Source: Subdoligranulum sp. CAG:314
Lineage (GTDB): Bacteria; Bacillota; Clostridia; Christensenellales; CAG-314
Length of the DNA stretch: 64,000 nucleotides
Reading direction: 5' to 3'
Assembly (NCBI GenBank): GCA_000437915.1
Contig: FR901000.1
Coordinates: forward strand, 119,244 to 183,243
The notes beneath the pieces are model-generated. The model had not been told where the DNA came from. It was given only the letters and a program-made list of their open reading frames with translations, and searched no databases. The position numbers were made by a program, and so were the translations under genes. Below are positions 45,873 through 55,085 of this stretch, piece by piece. The first letter of the stretch is position 1. Every line of letters starts with the position of its first letter.

Positions 45873-46400
45873 TTAAACGTCGATTTTTCTTTTTTTAAGC
45901 AGATTGTGACAGAACTCCGCCGCCGTCTTGGGATGACCGCAATATTCGGCGTAAATGTCCAGCACCTTGTCGTAGCACTCTATGAGGGTTTCCAGCTTTT
46001 CCTCGGGCACGTTTCCCACAAGCTTGAAAAAGTTGCGCCTGATAGCGTCGTTGTTGTCCTCTGTCAGACGTATGCCCTTTTCGGTAGGCTTAACGCGGAC
46101 AATTCGGCGGTTGACCTGATCGTTCCACCGCGTGGCGAAGCCAAACTTGACAAGCGTGTCCACCGCCCTCGTGGCGCGGCTTGCGGTAAAGCCGCAGGCA
46201 TAAGCAAGCTCGCTCATTGCGCTTTCGCCTATGTCGTGCAGCACTGACATAGTGCTCCATTCGGTGGAATTGAGCTTTGCCTTGACGTAAGGCAGCTCCT
46301 CTCCCGTCTGATTGGTGTTGAAAATCTGCATTTTGTTGAATCGGGTAAGGCTTGAATTGAGCGCCAAAACCTGCTCCGCAAGTTGATTTCTGTCTGCCAT
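45873..46400 (-). CDS. MarR family transcriptional regulator
   Basis: 175 aa. Winged HTH (MSELAYACGFTASRATRAVDTLVKFGFATR...DQVNRRIVRVKPTEKG). Confidence 0.8.
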   Translation of the reverse strand: MADRNQLAEQVLALNSSLTRFNKMQIFNTNQTGEELPYVKAKLNSTEWSTMSVLHDIGESAMSELAYACGFTASRATRAVDTLVKFGFATRWNDQVNRRIVRVKPTEKGIRLTEDNNDAIRRNFFKLVGNVPEEKLETLIECYDKVLDIYAEYCGHPKTAAEFCHNLLKKRKIDV

Positions 46401-46549
46401 AATCTCTCCTTTGTATAAGGAAAATTATACCACTCAACATTTTTGATGTCAACCGCTCCGCCGCAAAAACCTGTTAAACATTAAAATTTTCGCAACAAAA
46501 ATAACCGAGAGCCGTCCCCTGCGGACAGCCCGCGCGCCCAAAAACCCGC

Positions 46550-47137
46550 TTACTTAAAAACGGCAGCTATCACGTCCGCGCATTTGTTAAGTCCCAGCTC
46601 GCCGCTGTCAAGGCACAGGTGATAGTGCTGCGACCTGCCCCACTCCATATCGGTGTAAAAGCGATAATACGCCTTGCGCCGCTTGTCCTTGTCGGCAAGC
46701 CGCTTTTCGGGAGACTCGTCGGTTTCGCCGTACACCTTGACAATGCGCTCGGCGCGCTTTTGCATATCCGCGTGAATAAAGACTCTCAGACAGTCGTTTC
46801 TGTCTTGAAGTATGTAGTCGGCGCATCTGCCCACAATAACGCAGCTTTCCTTTTCCGCAAGGTCAAGGATGATTTTCCGCTGCACCGTCCACAGATAGTC
46901 CTGCGTAGACATACCCGAGTAGGAACGGCTTGCGGCAAACGCGTTGGCAAACCAATTGGAATGCGCGGCGTACTCGCCCTTGTCGGCGATGTAATCGCGG
47001 GCAAGCCCGCTTTCCTCGGCTATTTTTTCAATCAGCTCGGAGTCGTAACACTTGATTCCGAGCTGCCGCGCGACCTCGCGCCCGATTGTCCTGCCGCCGC
47101 TGCCGAACTCGCGGCTGATTGTGATAACTCTGTACAT
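46550..47137 (-). CDS. Cytidylate kinase-like family protein
   Basis: 195 aa. N-terminal ITISREFGSGGRTIGREVA..LGI..YD motif typical of this family. Confidence 0.75.
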   Translation of the reverse strand: MYRVITISREFGSGGRTIGREVARQLGIKCYDSELIEKIAEESGLARDYIADKGEYAAHSNWFANAFAASRSYSGMSTQDYLWTVQRKIILDLAEKESCVIVGRCADYILQDRNDCLRVFIHADMQKRAERIVKVYGETDESPEKRLADKDKRRKAYYRFYTDMEWGRSQHYHLCLDSGELGLNKCADVIAAVFK

Positions 47138-47303
47138 AAACCGTAACCTCTTTGAAATATTTTAAACTTTTCCGCACGGTTTGTCAAGAAAAAGCGTATT
47201 TTAACGCCCGCAGCGCCGCTTACGGAATTTTTCGGCAAAATAAAACAATGCTTGACTTCGCGTCATAGACAAATTATAATTATATTCGACAAGGAGGAAT
47301 ATA

Positions 47304-48290
47304 ATGAATACCACCGTAAAAAAATTAAAAGTCTTGAAGCTGATTATCTTAACGCTCGTTGCGGCAGGCATTTTGCTTGCGCTTACCGCTTGCGGCTCCG
47401 CCGACTCTCTCGAATTCAAGTTAATCATGGACGAATATTACGTCGTAACGGATGTAAAAGAAGATTATCCCCAAAAAATCGTCGTGCCGTCCAAATACGA
47501 AGGACTGCCCGTAAGGGAAATAGGCTCATCTGCGTTTGCGAATTGCAAAAATTTAAAAAGCGTCGTACTCCCGAACAGCATCCGATTTATAAACATAAGA
47601 GCTTTCTACAATTGCGTATTGCTTGAAGAAGTCCGATTGGGCAGCAACGTGAAAAGCATAGGTCACAGCGCATTTTCGGGCTGCGAAAAGCTTAAAAAAA
47701 TAACCATTCCCGCAAAAACGGAAAAAATCGGGGATTACGTTTTTTCGGGCTGCGACAACCTCGAAACAATCACGGTAAAGAGCGGAAACAAAATTTACAG
47801 CGGGACGGGTAAATGCCTGACAGAGAAAAAAACCAAAACGCTTTTGGCGGGCGGAACAAAAAGCAAAATTCCAGACGACGGCTCCGTTGCCACAATCGGC
47901 GAAAACGCGTTTGCGGGGCGGAACATAAAAAATATCGTTGTTCCAGACGGAGTTACTTTGATAAAACAAACGGCTTTCGGCGAGTGCCGCGAACTCGAAA
48001 CCTGCATTTTGCCTGACGGATGCGAGATAGAGCAAGCTCTGTTCTGTTTTTGCGACAATCTGAAATGGGTGGTTTTGCCCCAAAGCATAACGTACATCGA
48101 CCTTTATTGCTTCGGCTATTGCAGCTCGCTTCAAAGTATTTTTTACAAAGGCACCGAGCAGCAATGGGAAAATGTGGAAGTCGTTGAAACGCGCGGCGAA
48201 AAAGTATATTTTTACAGCGAGGAAAAGCCCGCGCAAAACGACGGCAGCTATTGGCATTTCGACAGCGCCGGCAACCCCGTCGTTTGGTAA
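47304..48290 (+). CDS. BspA-type leucine-rich-repeat lipoprotein (short paralog)
   Basis: 328 aa. Lipobox LALTAC-GS. Repeated I.IP..V..IG..AF.GC..L LRRs. AAGGAGG SD. Confidence 0.8.
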   Translation: MNTTVKKLKVLKLIILTLVAAGILLALTACGSADSLEFKLIMDEYYVVTDVKEDYPQKIVVPSKYEGLPVREIGSSAFANCKNLKSVVLPNSIRFINIRAFYNCVLLEEVRLGSNVKSIGHSAFSGCEKLKKITIPAKTEKIGDYVFSGCDNLETITVKSGNKIYSGTGKCLTEKKTKTLLAGGTKSKIPDDGSVATIGENAFAGRNIKNIVVPDGVTLIKQTAFGECRELETCILPDGCEIEQALFCFCDNLKWVVLPQSITYIDLYCFGYCSSLQSIFYKGTEQQWENVEVVETRGEKVYFYSEEKPAQNDGSYWHFDSAGNPVVW

Positions 48291-48361
48291 ACAAAACATG
48301 CGGCAGTCTCAGCGTCGCTTTATCCAATCAGCCGCACTTTTTCCTTATTCCCGAAAAAACA

Positions 48362-48389
48362 AAGCCGTCTGTACAGACGGCTTTTTTTC
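48362..48389 (+). terminator. Intrinsic terminator after the short LRR gene
   Basis: Perfect palindrome AAGCCGTCTGTACAGACGGCTT followed by a T-run. Confidence 0.75.
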
Positions 48390-48651
48390 CGCTGCCGAAC
48401 CCGACTGCAAGACTGAGACTTTCTGTCGGCAGGCAAACAAACAACGCAAAAAAGCGTCGGCAGAAGCTGTTTAAAAATTTTTGTCGGTCAAGGCAAAGGC
48501 TCGGAAAAACCGAGCCTTTGCCTTTCAAACGGAAGCGGACAAATTCTGTCTTGAAAAATCGTCCTGCATTTTTTGCCAATCAATCCGACGCGCGGGCAAA
48601 GTCCGTCACTGACGTATTGCCCCTGCCGACAAACCGCCTGCTGAAAAATCA

Positions 48652-51600
48652 TCAGGATATGCCGCTAACAACACCGCCGTACTCCCCTGTTTTCTCCATA
48701 AAAACGCTCAGCTCTATCGTTTCGCGCTTGTTGTTCATATACTCATACATTTCGTCTCCGAAAACCGTGACAAAGTAATAAGTCGTACCTGCTTTCATAT
48801 TTGAGTAGCTCAGACCGTTGGCGGGATTGATGCTCAAAAATCTAGTCGTCGAGGGATGATAAGAAGGACCGTTGGCATTCTGCCAATAAGGTCTGTCGTT
48901 GCCGGGCACGTAAATGTAAGTCAGTCCGTTGAGCATTGCCCTTCCCCTGTCCACCGTGAACAAGGGGCAGTTAACCGTACCATCCCTTTGCTCAAGCTCC
49001 AACGAATTGAAATATCCCCAATAGGAAAAATGAGGCATATACATCCCGTCCTCGGCGGGCGTGAACTGAAAGAAAACCCTTTCATAGGTTCTAACGTCCA
49101 AAGTCCTTGTCTCGGCGGTGACGATGTAAGCGTTGTTCCAATTTCTGCCGTCCTCCAAAACCTCGTCCCCCCACCTGGCGTAGAGATTGACCACGCCGTT
49201 AGCGTCGGGGGCGCCGAAGTAAGGATAGCTTTCCACCCTTGAGCCCCAGTCGCCGTCAACGCTTCCGTCCTTGGTGTAATAGCCCTGAAGATGCTTGTTT
49301 CCCTCGCCTTTCCAAACGGTAACTGGCATATCCCACAGCACGGCGACGTTTTCAACGTCGAAAATGCTGTTGCCGCCGTCGGTGTGGAAGCTGTACGTAA
49401 CCTTTTCCTGATTGTCGGTAGCTATCCTTCCCGCATAGGTGTCTCCGCAGTAATCGTAAAATACCTCGAAATACGCCTTGTAGCTGCCCGCGGGCACAAT
49501 AAATTTACTCTCCAATCCGGGACCGAAATAATTCATCGTCAAGTCTATAGTCGAGATTTTGTAACCCGTCATAAATATTTGGTATATGCTGTAAATACCC
49601 TCCAGCTGATTGACGTATCGGTTTATATATTCCATTTTCGGAGGCTCGACGGAGTTGAACGTCACGGTTTTGAGGTAAAGAGCATAGTAGAACGCTCCGT
49701 TGGCAATCTCCACGAGTGTGGAGGGCAGCACAAGCTCCTCCAAGCTGCTCTGAAAAGCAAAAGCCTCGTCTCCTATGTACTGCACGCCCTCGGGTATGAC
49801 AAGTTTTTTCAAGCTTGAAAACAGCTTCACCAAATTTGCGGGGTCTGCGTTTTCCGTCATTGCCTTGGGCGCTATCTGAGTCGTCACATAGTCGCCCGTA
49901 TCGGGGAAAACAAGCTCCTCGTCGCCCATGCAGAAAGGTAGATTGATTAGCCTCAGCTCCCTGTCGTTCAACTTTTCGTAAATAAAGCCGTCAAAGGTGA
50001 TATACTTGCCCGTATTGCCCTCGATTTTAGGGTTGTAAAGCCCGGAAAAAGGACGCTTTTCGATTGTTTCGATTGTGTCGGGGAAAAGTATTTCGTTGTA
50101 ATTCATGAAGGATACTATACAACTTGTTTCCAGCGCTTTGAGATTGCTGCCGTTGGGCCACTCCAACCCTTTGAGCGACGGGGTTCTGATTGAGCCCCCG
50201 CACAGTCTTTCCAGCGTGGAGGGCAGGCTGATGTACTCCGTGCCGTCCGTCACTTCATATCCCCACACAACATTGCCGTCACCCTTTTCGCCTGTTTCGG
50301 TAAAAGCTACCTCGCCCGTGTTCAAAAAGCCGCTTGGCAGCTCCCTCACTCCCTCGGGGACGACAACGCGCTTTAATGCGTCGGAGGTGAAGCACGCCCC
50401 GAGAATCGGTTTGAAAGCCGTCACTCCGTCCGGCACGACATACTCGCTCGCGGATGACGCGGGCGTGTGAAGAATAAACGAGTCTCCCCCGTCGGGGCCC
50501 GTGCCGAGTTCTATAATCGCGTCGTTTCGCCTCTCTATGAGAGTAAGCTCGTCCCACATCAGCTCGTAGCCCCCTTTCATCTTGGCTCCGCCGAGACCGC
50601 AGGTAGACATCAGACGCCAAATGTCGTCGTCGACATACAGTCTTGCAAGATTGACGTCGGCTAGGGCTTCCGGCGCAATGTACTCCAAGCCCTCAGGCAG
50701 GGTGAAAGCAGTTACCTGCCTGAAATAGGAAAACGCTCCGCTTTCAAAACGCTTGACCTTTCCCTTGAATATAACCTGCTTTGCGCTTTCTCCGCCGATA
50801 TTAGTAAGACTCTCCCTGTCTCCTTCGATTGTGAGGATTTCCACACCGCCGGGGACAATATTTGCGACAAGATTTGTCACGTGTTCGGGCAAAGTAAACT
50901 TGGCGCTATTGAGATTTATATAATGAATTGTGTCCCGAGCGGCGTTGTACATCAAGTCATTGCCGAATGTGTCCTTTTCAAAGTGAAAATACGGATTGCT
51001 TTCGTCCAAATAAATCTGCCGAAATCCTATTTGAGGATGAGTCGTGTACAAGTGTCCCCCCTCGATGTTTTTAAGGCTTGCGGGCAGATAAAATTCTACA
51101 TTGTCGCTGTAAGCGTAGCCGTTTGTTTCTTTTCTTGTACATGAAGCGCCTCCAAAACCTTTCTCTTCTATCGTTTCCAGACCGAGAAAATAAATTCTGT
51201 CAAAAAGACCGCCTGAAAAGGCATAATCCCCTACTGTCTTGTAGCACTCGGGCACAAGCAGCTCGTCAAGTCTGAATTTTGTGTAGAAACTGTCAAACGC
51301 GTAACCCAAAATTTTTGTTATCGGTTTGCCGTTGTACTCGACGGGCAGCGACTTGGAGCCGGTCAAGAGAGGCTGCGACAGTGACTCGACAGTATTTTCG
51401 TACACGTAATTTTCCGCCAGTCCGTAAGTACCGTCTTCGAGCAGGGTGTATTTGAAGTAATGCTCGGGTATGACAGTGCTTTCGTCAAACACGTACTTTG
51501 CAGTAAAGGTGACGTCCTCCGTCAGAGGCGTCTCCAAGTCCGAATCCCAACCGTCGTAAAGATAAAAGTTTTCGTATTTGTGGAAAAACACGGGCACCTT

Positions 51601-52188
51601 GCTCTCGGGCACCGCCTCCCCTCTTTTGACCTGCACGACCTCCTGCTCGTTTTTGGACGGGTTGACAAAGGTTGCCAGCACGACGTCCTCGGCGGGCAGC
51701 TCCTTTTCGGCAAACTTGGGCCACAGCTCCAAATTTTTGGTGATTTTCGTGTCTTTAAGAAACGCCTGCGTTTTTCCCGCGTTGGTGTACCAGCCGACAA
51801 ACACCTGCCCCTCGGGCGGAGTGGGGTCGGCGGTTTTGAGCGTGCCGTTGTACTCGACCTTTTCCGCAGGCAGATTCGTTTCCCTGAACGTCACGGTATA
51901 GGTCTTGATGTTGAATTTGGCGTAAACCGTCGTGTCCTTTTGTATGGGCTTGGAAAAGTCGAATTCCTTTGTCAGGGCCTCGTCCTCGTACCACCCTACA
52001 AAGTCGTAGCCGACCTTGTTGGGAGCTACGGCGGGACGGACGGCGCACTCGTCTTTAAGCACCGTCTGAGTCGCGACTTCCGCACCCGAAAAGCTCACGG
52101 TAAACTCCTTTGTCTTTCCGCACGCCATGAGCGCCAGACTCATTGCCAAAGCCAGCAGCATCGCCAAAAGCAGCTTTGTTCTTTTCAT
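48652..52188 (-). CDS. Large surface lipoprotein with Flg_new repeats and BspA-type LRRs (paralog)
   Basis: 1178 aa. Lipobox LMAC-GK. The C-terminal module (..GYYTKDGSVDGDWGSRV....VNLYARWG....FFQFTPAEDGMYM) closely parallels that of 2936-6406. Confidence 0.8.
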   Translation of the reverse strand: MKRTKLLLAMLLALAMSLALMACGKTKEFTVSFSGAEVATQTVLKDECAVRPAVAPNKVGYDFVGWYEDEALTKEFDFSKPIQKDTTVYAKFNIKTYTVTFRETNLPAEKVEYNGTLKTADPTPPEGQVFVGWYTNAGKTQAFLKDTKITKNLELWPKFAEKELPAEDVVLATFVNPSKNEQEVVQVKRGEAVPESKVPVFFHKYENFYLYDGWDSDLETPLTEDVTFTAKYVFDESTVIPEHYFKYTLLEDGTYGLAENYVYENTVESLSQPLLTGSKSLPVEYNGKPITKILGYAFDSFYTKFRLDELLVPECYKTVGDYAFSGGLFDRIYFLGLETIEEKGFGGASCTRKETNGYAYSDNVEFYLPASLKNIEGGHLYTTHPQIGFRQIYLDESNPYFHFEKDTFGNDLMYNAARDTIHYINLNSAKFTLPEHVTNLVANIVPGGVEILTIEGDRESLTNIGGESAKQVIFKGKVKRFESGAFSYFRQVTAFTLPEGLEYIAPEALADVNLARLYVDDDIWRLMSTCGLGGAKMKGGYELMWDELTLIERRNDAIIELGTGPDGGDSFILHTPASSASEYVVPDGVTAFKPILGACFTSDALKRVVVPEGVRELPSGFLNTGEVAFTETGEKGDGNVVWGYEVTDGTEYISLPSTLERLCGGSIRTPSLKGLEWPNGSNLKALETSCIVSFMNYNEILFPDTIETIEKRPFSGLYNPKIEGNTGKYITFDGFIYEKLNDRELRLINLPFCMGDEELVFPDTGDYVTTQIAPKAMTENADPANLVKLFSSLKKLVIPEGVQYIGDEAFAFQSSLEELVLPSTLVEIANGAFYYALYLKTVTFNSVEPPKMEYINRYVNQLEGIYSIYQIFMTGYKISTIDLTMNYFGPGLESKFIVPAGSYKAYFEVFYDYCGDTYAGRIATDNQEKVTYSFHTDGGNSIFDVENVAVLWDMPVTVWKGEGNKHLQGYYTKDGSVDGDWGSRVESYPYFGAPDANGVVNLYARWGDEVLEDGRNWNNAYIVTAETRTLDVRTYERVFFQFTPAEDGMYMPHFSYWGYFNSLELEQRDGTVNCPLFTVDRGRAMLNGLTYIYVPGNDRPYWQNANGPSYHPSTTRFLSINPANGLSYSNMKAGTTYYFVTVFGDEMYEYMNNKRETIELSVFMEKTGEYGGVVSGIS

Positions 52189-52486
52189 TTTTCTTTTTCC
52201 TCCGTTTTCTGTTTTTTAGCCTATTTTCAAATACTTTATCTTTGAGTAAAAACTCAACGATATTTGTATTTAATTTCAGCCTATACCAAATATACTTAAA
52301 TTATTTTGTCATGTCAAGCGTTTTTGTCGAGATATGTAAAATTTCTTTCGGATTTTTTTAAACAGAGAGCTTTCTTCAAATCCAACCGAAGGCGCCTTTG
52401 ACGGGCGGCGGCTGTTTTTGCGCAAGCCGTTGAAGTCCGAAATAAAAATTTTCACACGGAGCAAAGGATTTTTTGTTTTTCCGCAG

Positions 52487-52515
52487 TTGACAAAGTCGGC
52501 AAAAAAGCGTATTAT
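52487..52515 (+). promoter_or_regulatory. Near-consensus sigma-A promoter of the lysine fermentation operon
   Basis: TTGACA (52487-52492), 17-nt spacer, TATTAT (52510-52515). Confidence 0.65.
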
Positions 52516-52540
52516 ATCAATGGAAAAGTACAGTTTAATA

Positions 52541-52694
52541 CTTGTTAGAGGAGCGGTTCGGCAAGGTAAGCGGGCGCGCGTTTGAGACGCGGTGGCGTCG
52601 ATGCGTCCCGAACAATGTGCCGCCGCCGAAAGCGCGTTTGTCCACCGCAACGCGGCTTGGAGGTCGGGGTCAGTCGTCGGCTTCTGTCATAAGT
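52541..52694 (+). promoter_or_regulatory. Probable lysine riboswitch (L-box)
   Basis: Conserved L-box landmarks appear in order: TAGAGGAGCG (consensus AGAGGCGC), GCCGCCGAAAG (CGCCGAAG), CTTGGAGG (CUGG) and TTCTGTCATAAG (ACUGUCA). A closing P1 helix forms between ACTTGT and ATAAGT. Internal GC-rich helices are plausible but were not fully folded by eye. Confidence 0.6.
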
Positions 52695-52704
52695 TTTTTA
52701 TGAT

Positions 52705-52738
52705 GCGCTAAGGTTTTTTTGCCTTAACGCGTTTTTTT
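52705..52738 (+). terminator. Leader terminator between the L-box and kal
   Basis: GCGCTAAGG-T7-(G)CCTTAACGC (one mismatch) followed by T7, 27 nt before the kal start. Confidence 0.65.
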
Positions 52739-52764
52739 ATTTTATCCGACGGAGGAAAACGTAT

Positions 52765-53163
52765 ATGAGCAAAATTAAAGCGACAATTCGTTTGAGAATG
52801 AGCGCGCACGACGCGCATTACGGCGGCAATCTGGTGGACGGGGCGCGTATGCTGGGACTTTTCGGCGACGTTGCAACGGAGCTTCTTATCCGTCACGACG
52901 GCGACGAGGGGCTTTTCAGAGCTTACGACAGCGTGGAGTTTTTGGCGCCCGTCTTTGCGGGAGACTACATAGAAGCCGAGGGCGAAATCACGGAAACAGG
53001 AAAAACCTCCCGCAAAATGAAGTTCGAGGCGCGCAAGGTCATTGCTCCCCGCCCCGATTTAAACGACTCCGCCTGCGACGTGCTTGACAAGCCCGTCGTC
53101 GTTTGCCGGGCTTCGGGCACCTGCGTGGTGCCGCTCGACAAGCAGAGAAATGCAAACCGTTAA
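52765..53163 (+). CDS. kal: 3-aminobutyryl-CoA ammonia-lyase (hot-dog fold)
   Basis: 132 aa. [40 protein letters not shown] is the typical Kal N-terminus. First gene of the lysine fermentation cluster. Confidence 0.8.
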   Translation: MSKIKATIRLRMSAHDAHYGGNLVDGARMLGLFGDVATELLIRHDGDEGLFRAYDSVEFLAPVFAGDYIEAEGEITETGKTSRKMKFEARKVIAPRPDLNDSACDVLDKPVVVCRASGTCVVPLDKQRNANR

Positions 53164-53178
53164 AGGAGGCAGAAAAAA

Positions 53179-54006
53179 TTGGAAAAGCTGATTATCACCG
53201 CGGCAATCTGCGGCGCAGAGGTAACAAAGGAGCACAATCCCGCAGTCCCCTACACCGTCAGGGAAATCGCGCGGGAAGCCAAGTCCGCCTACGACGCGGG
53301 GGCGGCAATCATCCACCTGCACGTGAGAGAGGACGACGGCACGCCCACTCAGAGCGCGGAGCGGTTCAAGCTATGCATGGACGCAATCAGAGAGGCGTGC
53401 CCCGACGTAATAATTCAGCCGTCCACGGGCGGCGCGGTGGGCATGAGCGACGAGGAGCGCTTGCAGCCCCTCGCCCTAAACCCCGAAACGGCTACGCTGG
53501 ACTGCGGCACCTGCAATTTCGGCGGGGACGACATCTTTGTCAATACGGAAAACACCATAATAAATTTCGCACGGCAGATGACGGAAAAAAACGTCAAGCC
53601 GGAGTGCGAGGTGTTTGACAAGGGCATGGTGGACATGACGTTGAGGCTTGCGGCAAAGGGCGTCATTCCACAGCCGCTGCACTTCAACTTCGTCATGGGC
53701 GTCAACGGCGGAATTGCCGCAACCCACACCAACCTGCTGTTTCTTGTCAACAGCCTGCCGCAAAACGCCACCTTCACCGTTTCGGGCACGGGACGGGCGC
53801 AGCTGCCCATGGCGGTCATGTCAATGCTGCTCGGCGGACACGTCCGAGTGGGCTTTGAGGACAACGTATATCTGTCAAAGGGCAGGCTGTTGAAAAGCAA
53901 CGGCGAAATGGTGGAAAAAATCGTGCGCATTGCCAAAGAGCTGGGGCGGGATATCGCCGCGCCCGACGAGGCGCGCGAATTACTCGGCATACCTAAAAAA
54001 TTTTAA
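53179..54006 (+). CDS. kce: 3-keto-5-aminohexanoate cleavage enzyme (BKACE/DUF849)
   Basis: 275 aa with a TTG start. IITAAICGAE....NPAVPYT..EIA.EA..AY.AGAAIIHLHVR motif. Confidence 0.85.
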   Translation: MEKLIITAAICGAEVTKEHNPAVPYTVREIAREAKSAYDAGAAIIHLHVREDDGTPTQSAERFKLCMDAIREACPDVIIQPSTGGAVGMSDEERLQPLALNPETATLDCGTCNFGGDDIFVNTENTIINFARQMTEKNVKPECEVFDKGMVDMTLRLAAKGVIPQPLHFNFVMGVNGGIAATHTNLLFLVNSLPQNATFTVSGTGRAQLPMAVMSMLLGGHVRVGFEDNVYLSKGRLLKSNGEMVEKIVRIAKELGRDIAAPDEARELLGIPKKF

Positions 54007-54028
54007 TCCAAACAAGGAGACGACATAT

Positions 54029-55069
54029 ATGGAAATCAAGGGAAACAAATACGGAACTCACCGCGTTATACAGCCCAAGGGCGTGCTCACGCAGGCGGCG
54101 CTGAAAATCGACAACGGCTTCGACACGGTTTACTCCAACGAAATAGTCTGCGACGTGACAAGCCTAAACATAGACTCCGCCTCTTTTACTCAGATAGAAA
54201 ACGAGTGCGGCGGCGACGCGGAAAAAATCGCAAGACGCATAGAACAGATTGTCGCCGAGCGCGGCAAAATGCAAAACCCCGTCACGGGCAGCGGCGGTAT
54301 GTTTATCGGCAGAGTCGCGCACATAGGCAAGGATTTGACCGACACGGGACTCAAAGTCGGAGACAAAATCGCGTCTCTCGTGTCCCTCTCCCTCACGCCG
54401 CTCAAAATCGAAAAAATACTTGCCGTTCACCCCGAAATCGACCGCGTGGACGTGGTTGCCAAAGCCGCGCTGTTTGAAAGCGGAATTTACGCAAAGCTGC
54501 CCGACGACATGCCCGAAAACCTCGCGCTTGCGGCGCTGGACGTTGCGGGCGCGCCCGCGCAGACGGCAAGGCTGGTCAAGGAGGGCGACTCGGTGCTGGT
54601 GCTCGGCGCGGCGGGCAAATCGGGCGTTCTTGTTTGCTACGAAGCCAAAAAACGCGCAGGCGCAAAGGGCAACGTGGTTGGCGTCGTCATCTGCGAGGAG
54701 GACAAAAAGAAGGTCGAAAAGCTGGGGATAGTTGACAAGGCAATTGTCGCGTCGGCTACCGAGCCCGTCGAAATCCTCGAAAAAGCCGTCGCCGCAAACG
54801 GCGGAAAAGAGTTCGACCTGTCAATAAACTGCGTCAACGTCCCCAACACGGAAATGGCGGCTATTCTGCCAGTAAAGGAAAACGGCACCGTTTACTTCTT
54901 TTCCATGGCGACAAGCTTCACAAAGTCCGCTCTCGGCGCGGAGGGCGTGGGCAAGGACGTCAATATGATTATCGGCAACGGCTACTGCAAGGGACACGCC
55001 GAGCTGACGCTCAACGAGCTGCGCGAAAGCAAAGCGCTGCGCGAGCTTTTTGAAAAAACCTACGCTTGA
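54029..55069 (+). CDS. kdd: L-erythro-3,5-diaminohexanoate dehydrogenase
   Basis: 346 aa from MEIKGNKYGTHRVIQPKGVL. Rossmann motif LGAAGKSG. Confidence 0.8.
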   Translation: MEIKGNKYGTHRVIQPKGVLTQAALKIDNGFDTVYSNEIVCDVTSLNIDSASFTQIENECGGDAEKIARRIEQIVAERGKMQNPVTGSGGMFIGRVAHIGKDLTDTGLKVGDKIASLVSLSLTPLKIEKILAVHPEIDRVDVVAKAALFESGIYAKLPDDMPENLALAALDVAGAPAQTARLVKEGDSVLVLGAAGKSGVLVCYEAKKRAGAKGNVVGVVICEEDKKKVEKLGIVDKAIVASATEPVEILEKAVAANGGKEFDLSINCVNVPNTEMAAILPVKENGTVYFFSMATSFTKSALGAEGVGKDVNMIIGNGYCKGHAELTLNELRESKALRELFEKTYA

Positions 55070-55085
55070 CAAGGACGGTAAAATT

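Noticed and set aside
48490-48524. Perfect 15-bp hairpin (AAGGCAAAGGCTCGG / CCGAGCCTTTGCCTT) as a terminator or small RNA
   Set aside because: It has no flanking T-run on either strand and no promoter nearby. It may stabilise the 3' end of the convergent 48652 transcript, but I cannot support a specific call.
52309-52650. 113-aa minus-strand ORF in the region upstream of kal
   Set aside because: It overlaps the promoter and the L-box-like leader, has no SD and gives a low-complexity translation. The region is better explained as regulatory RNA on the plus strand.
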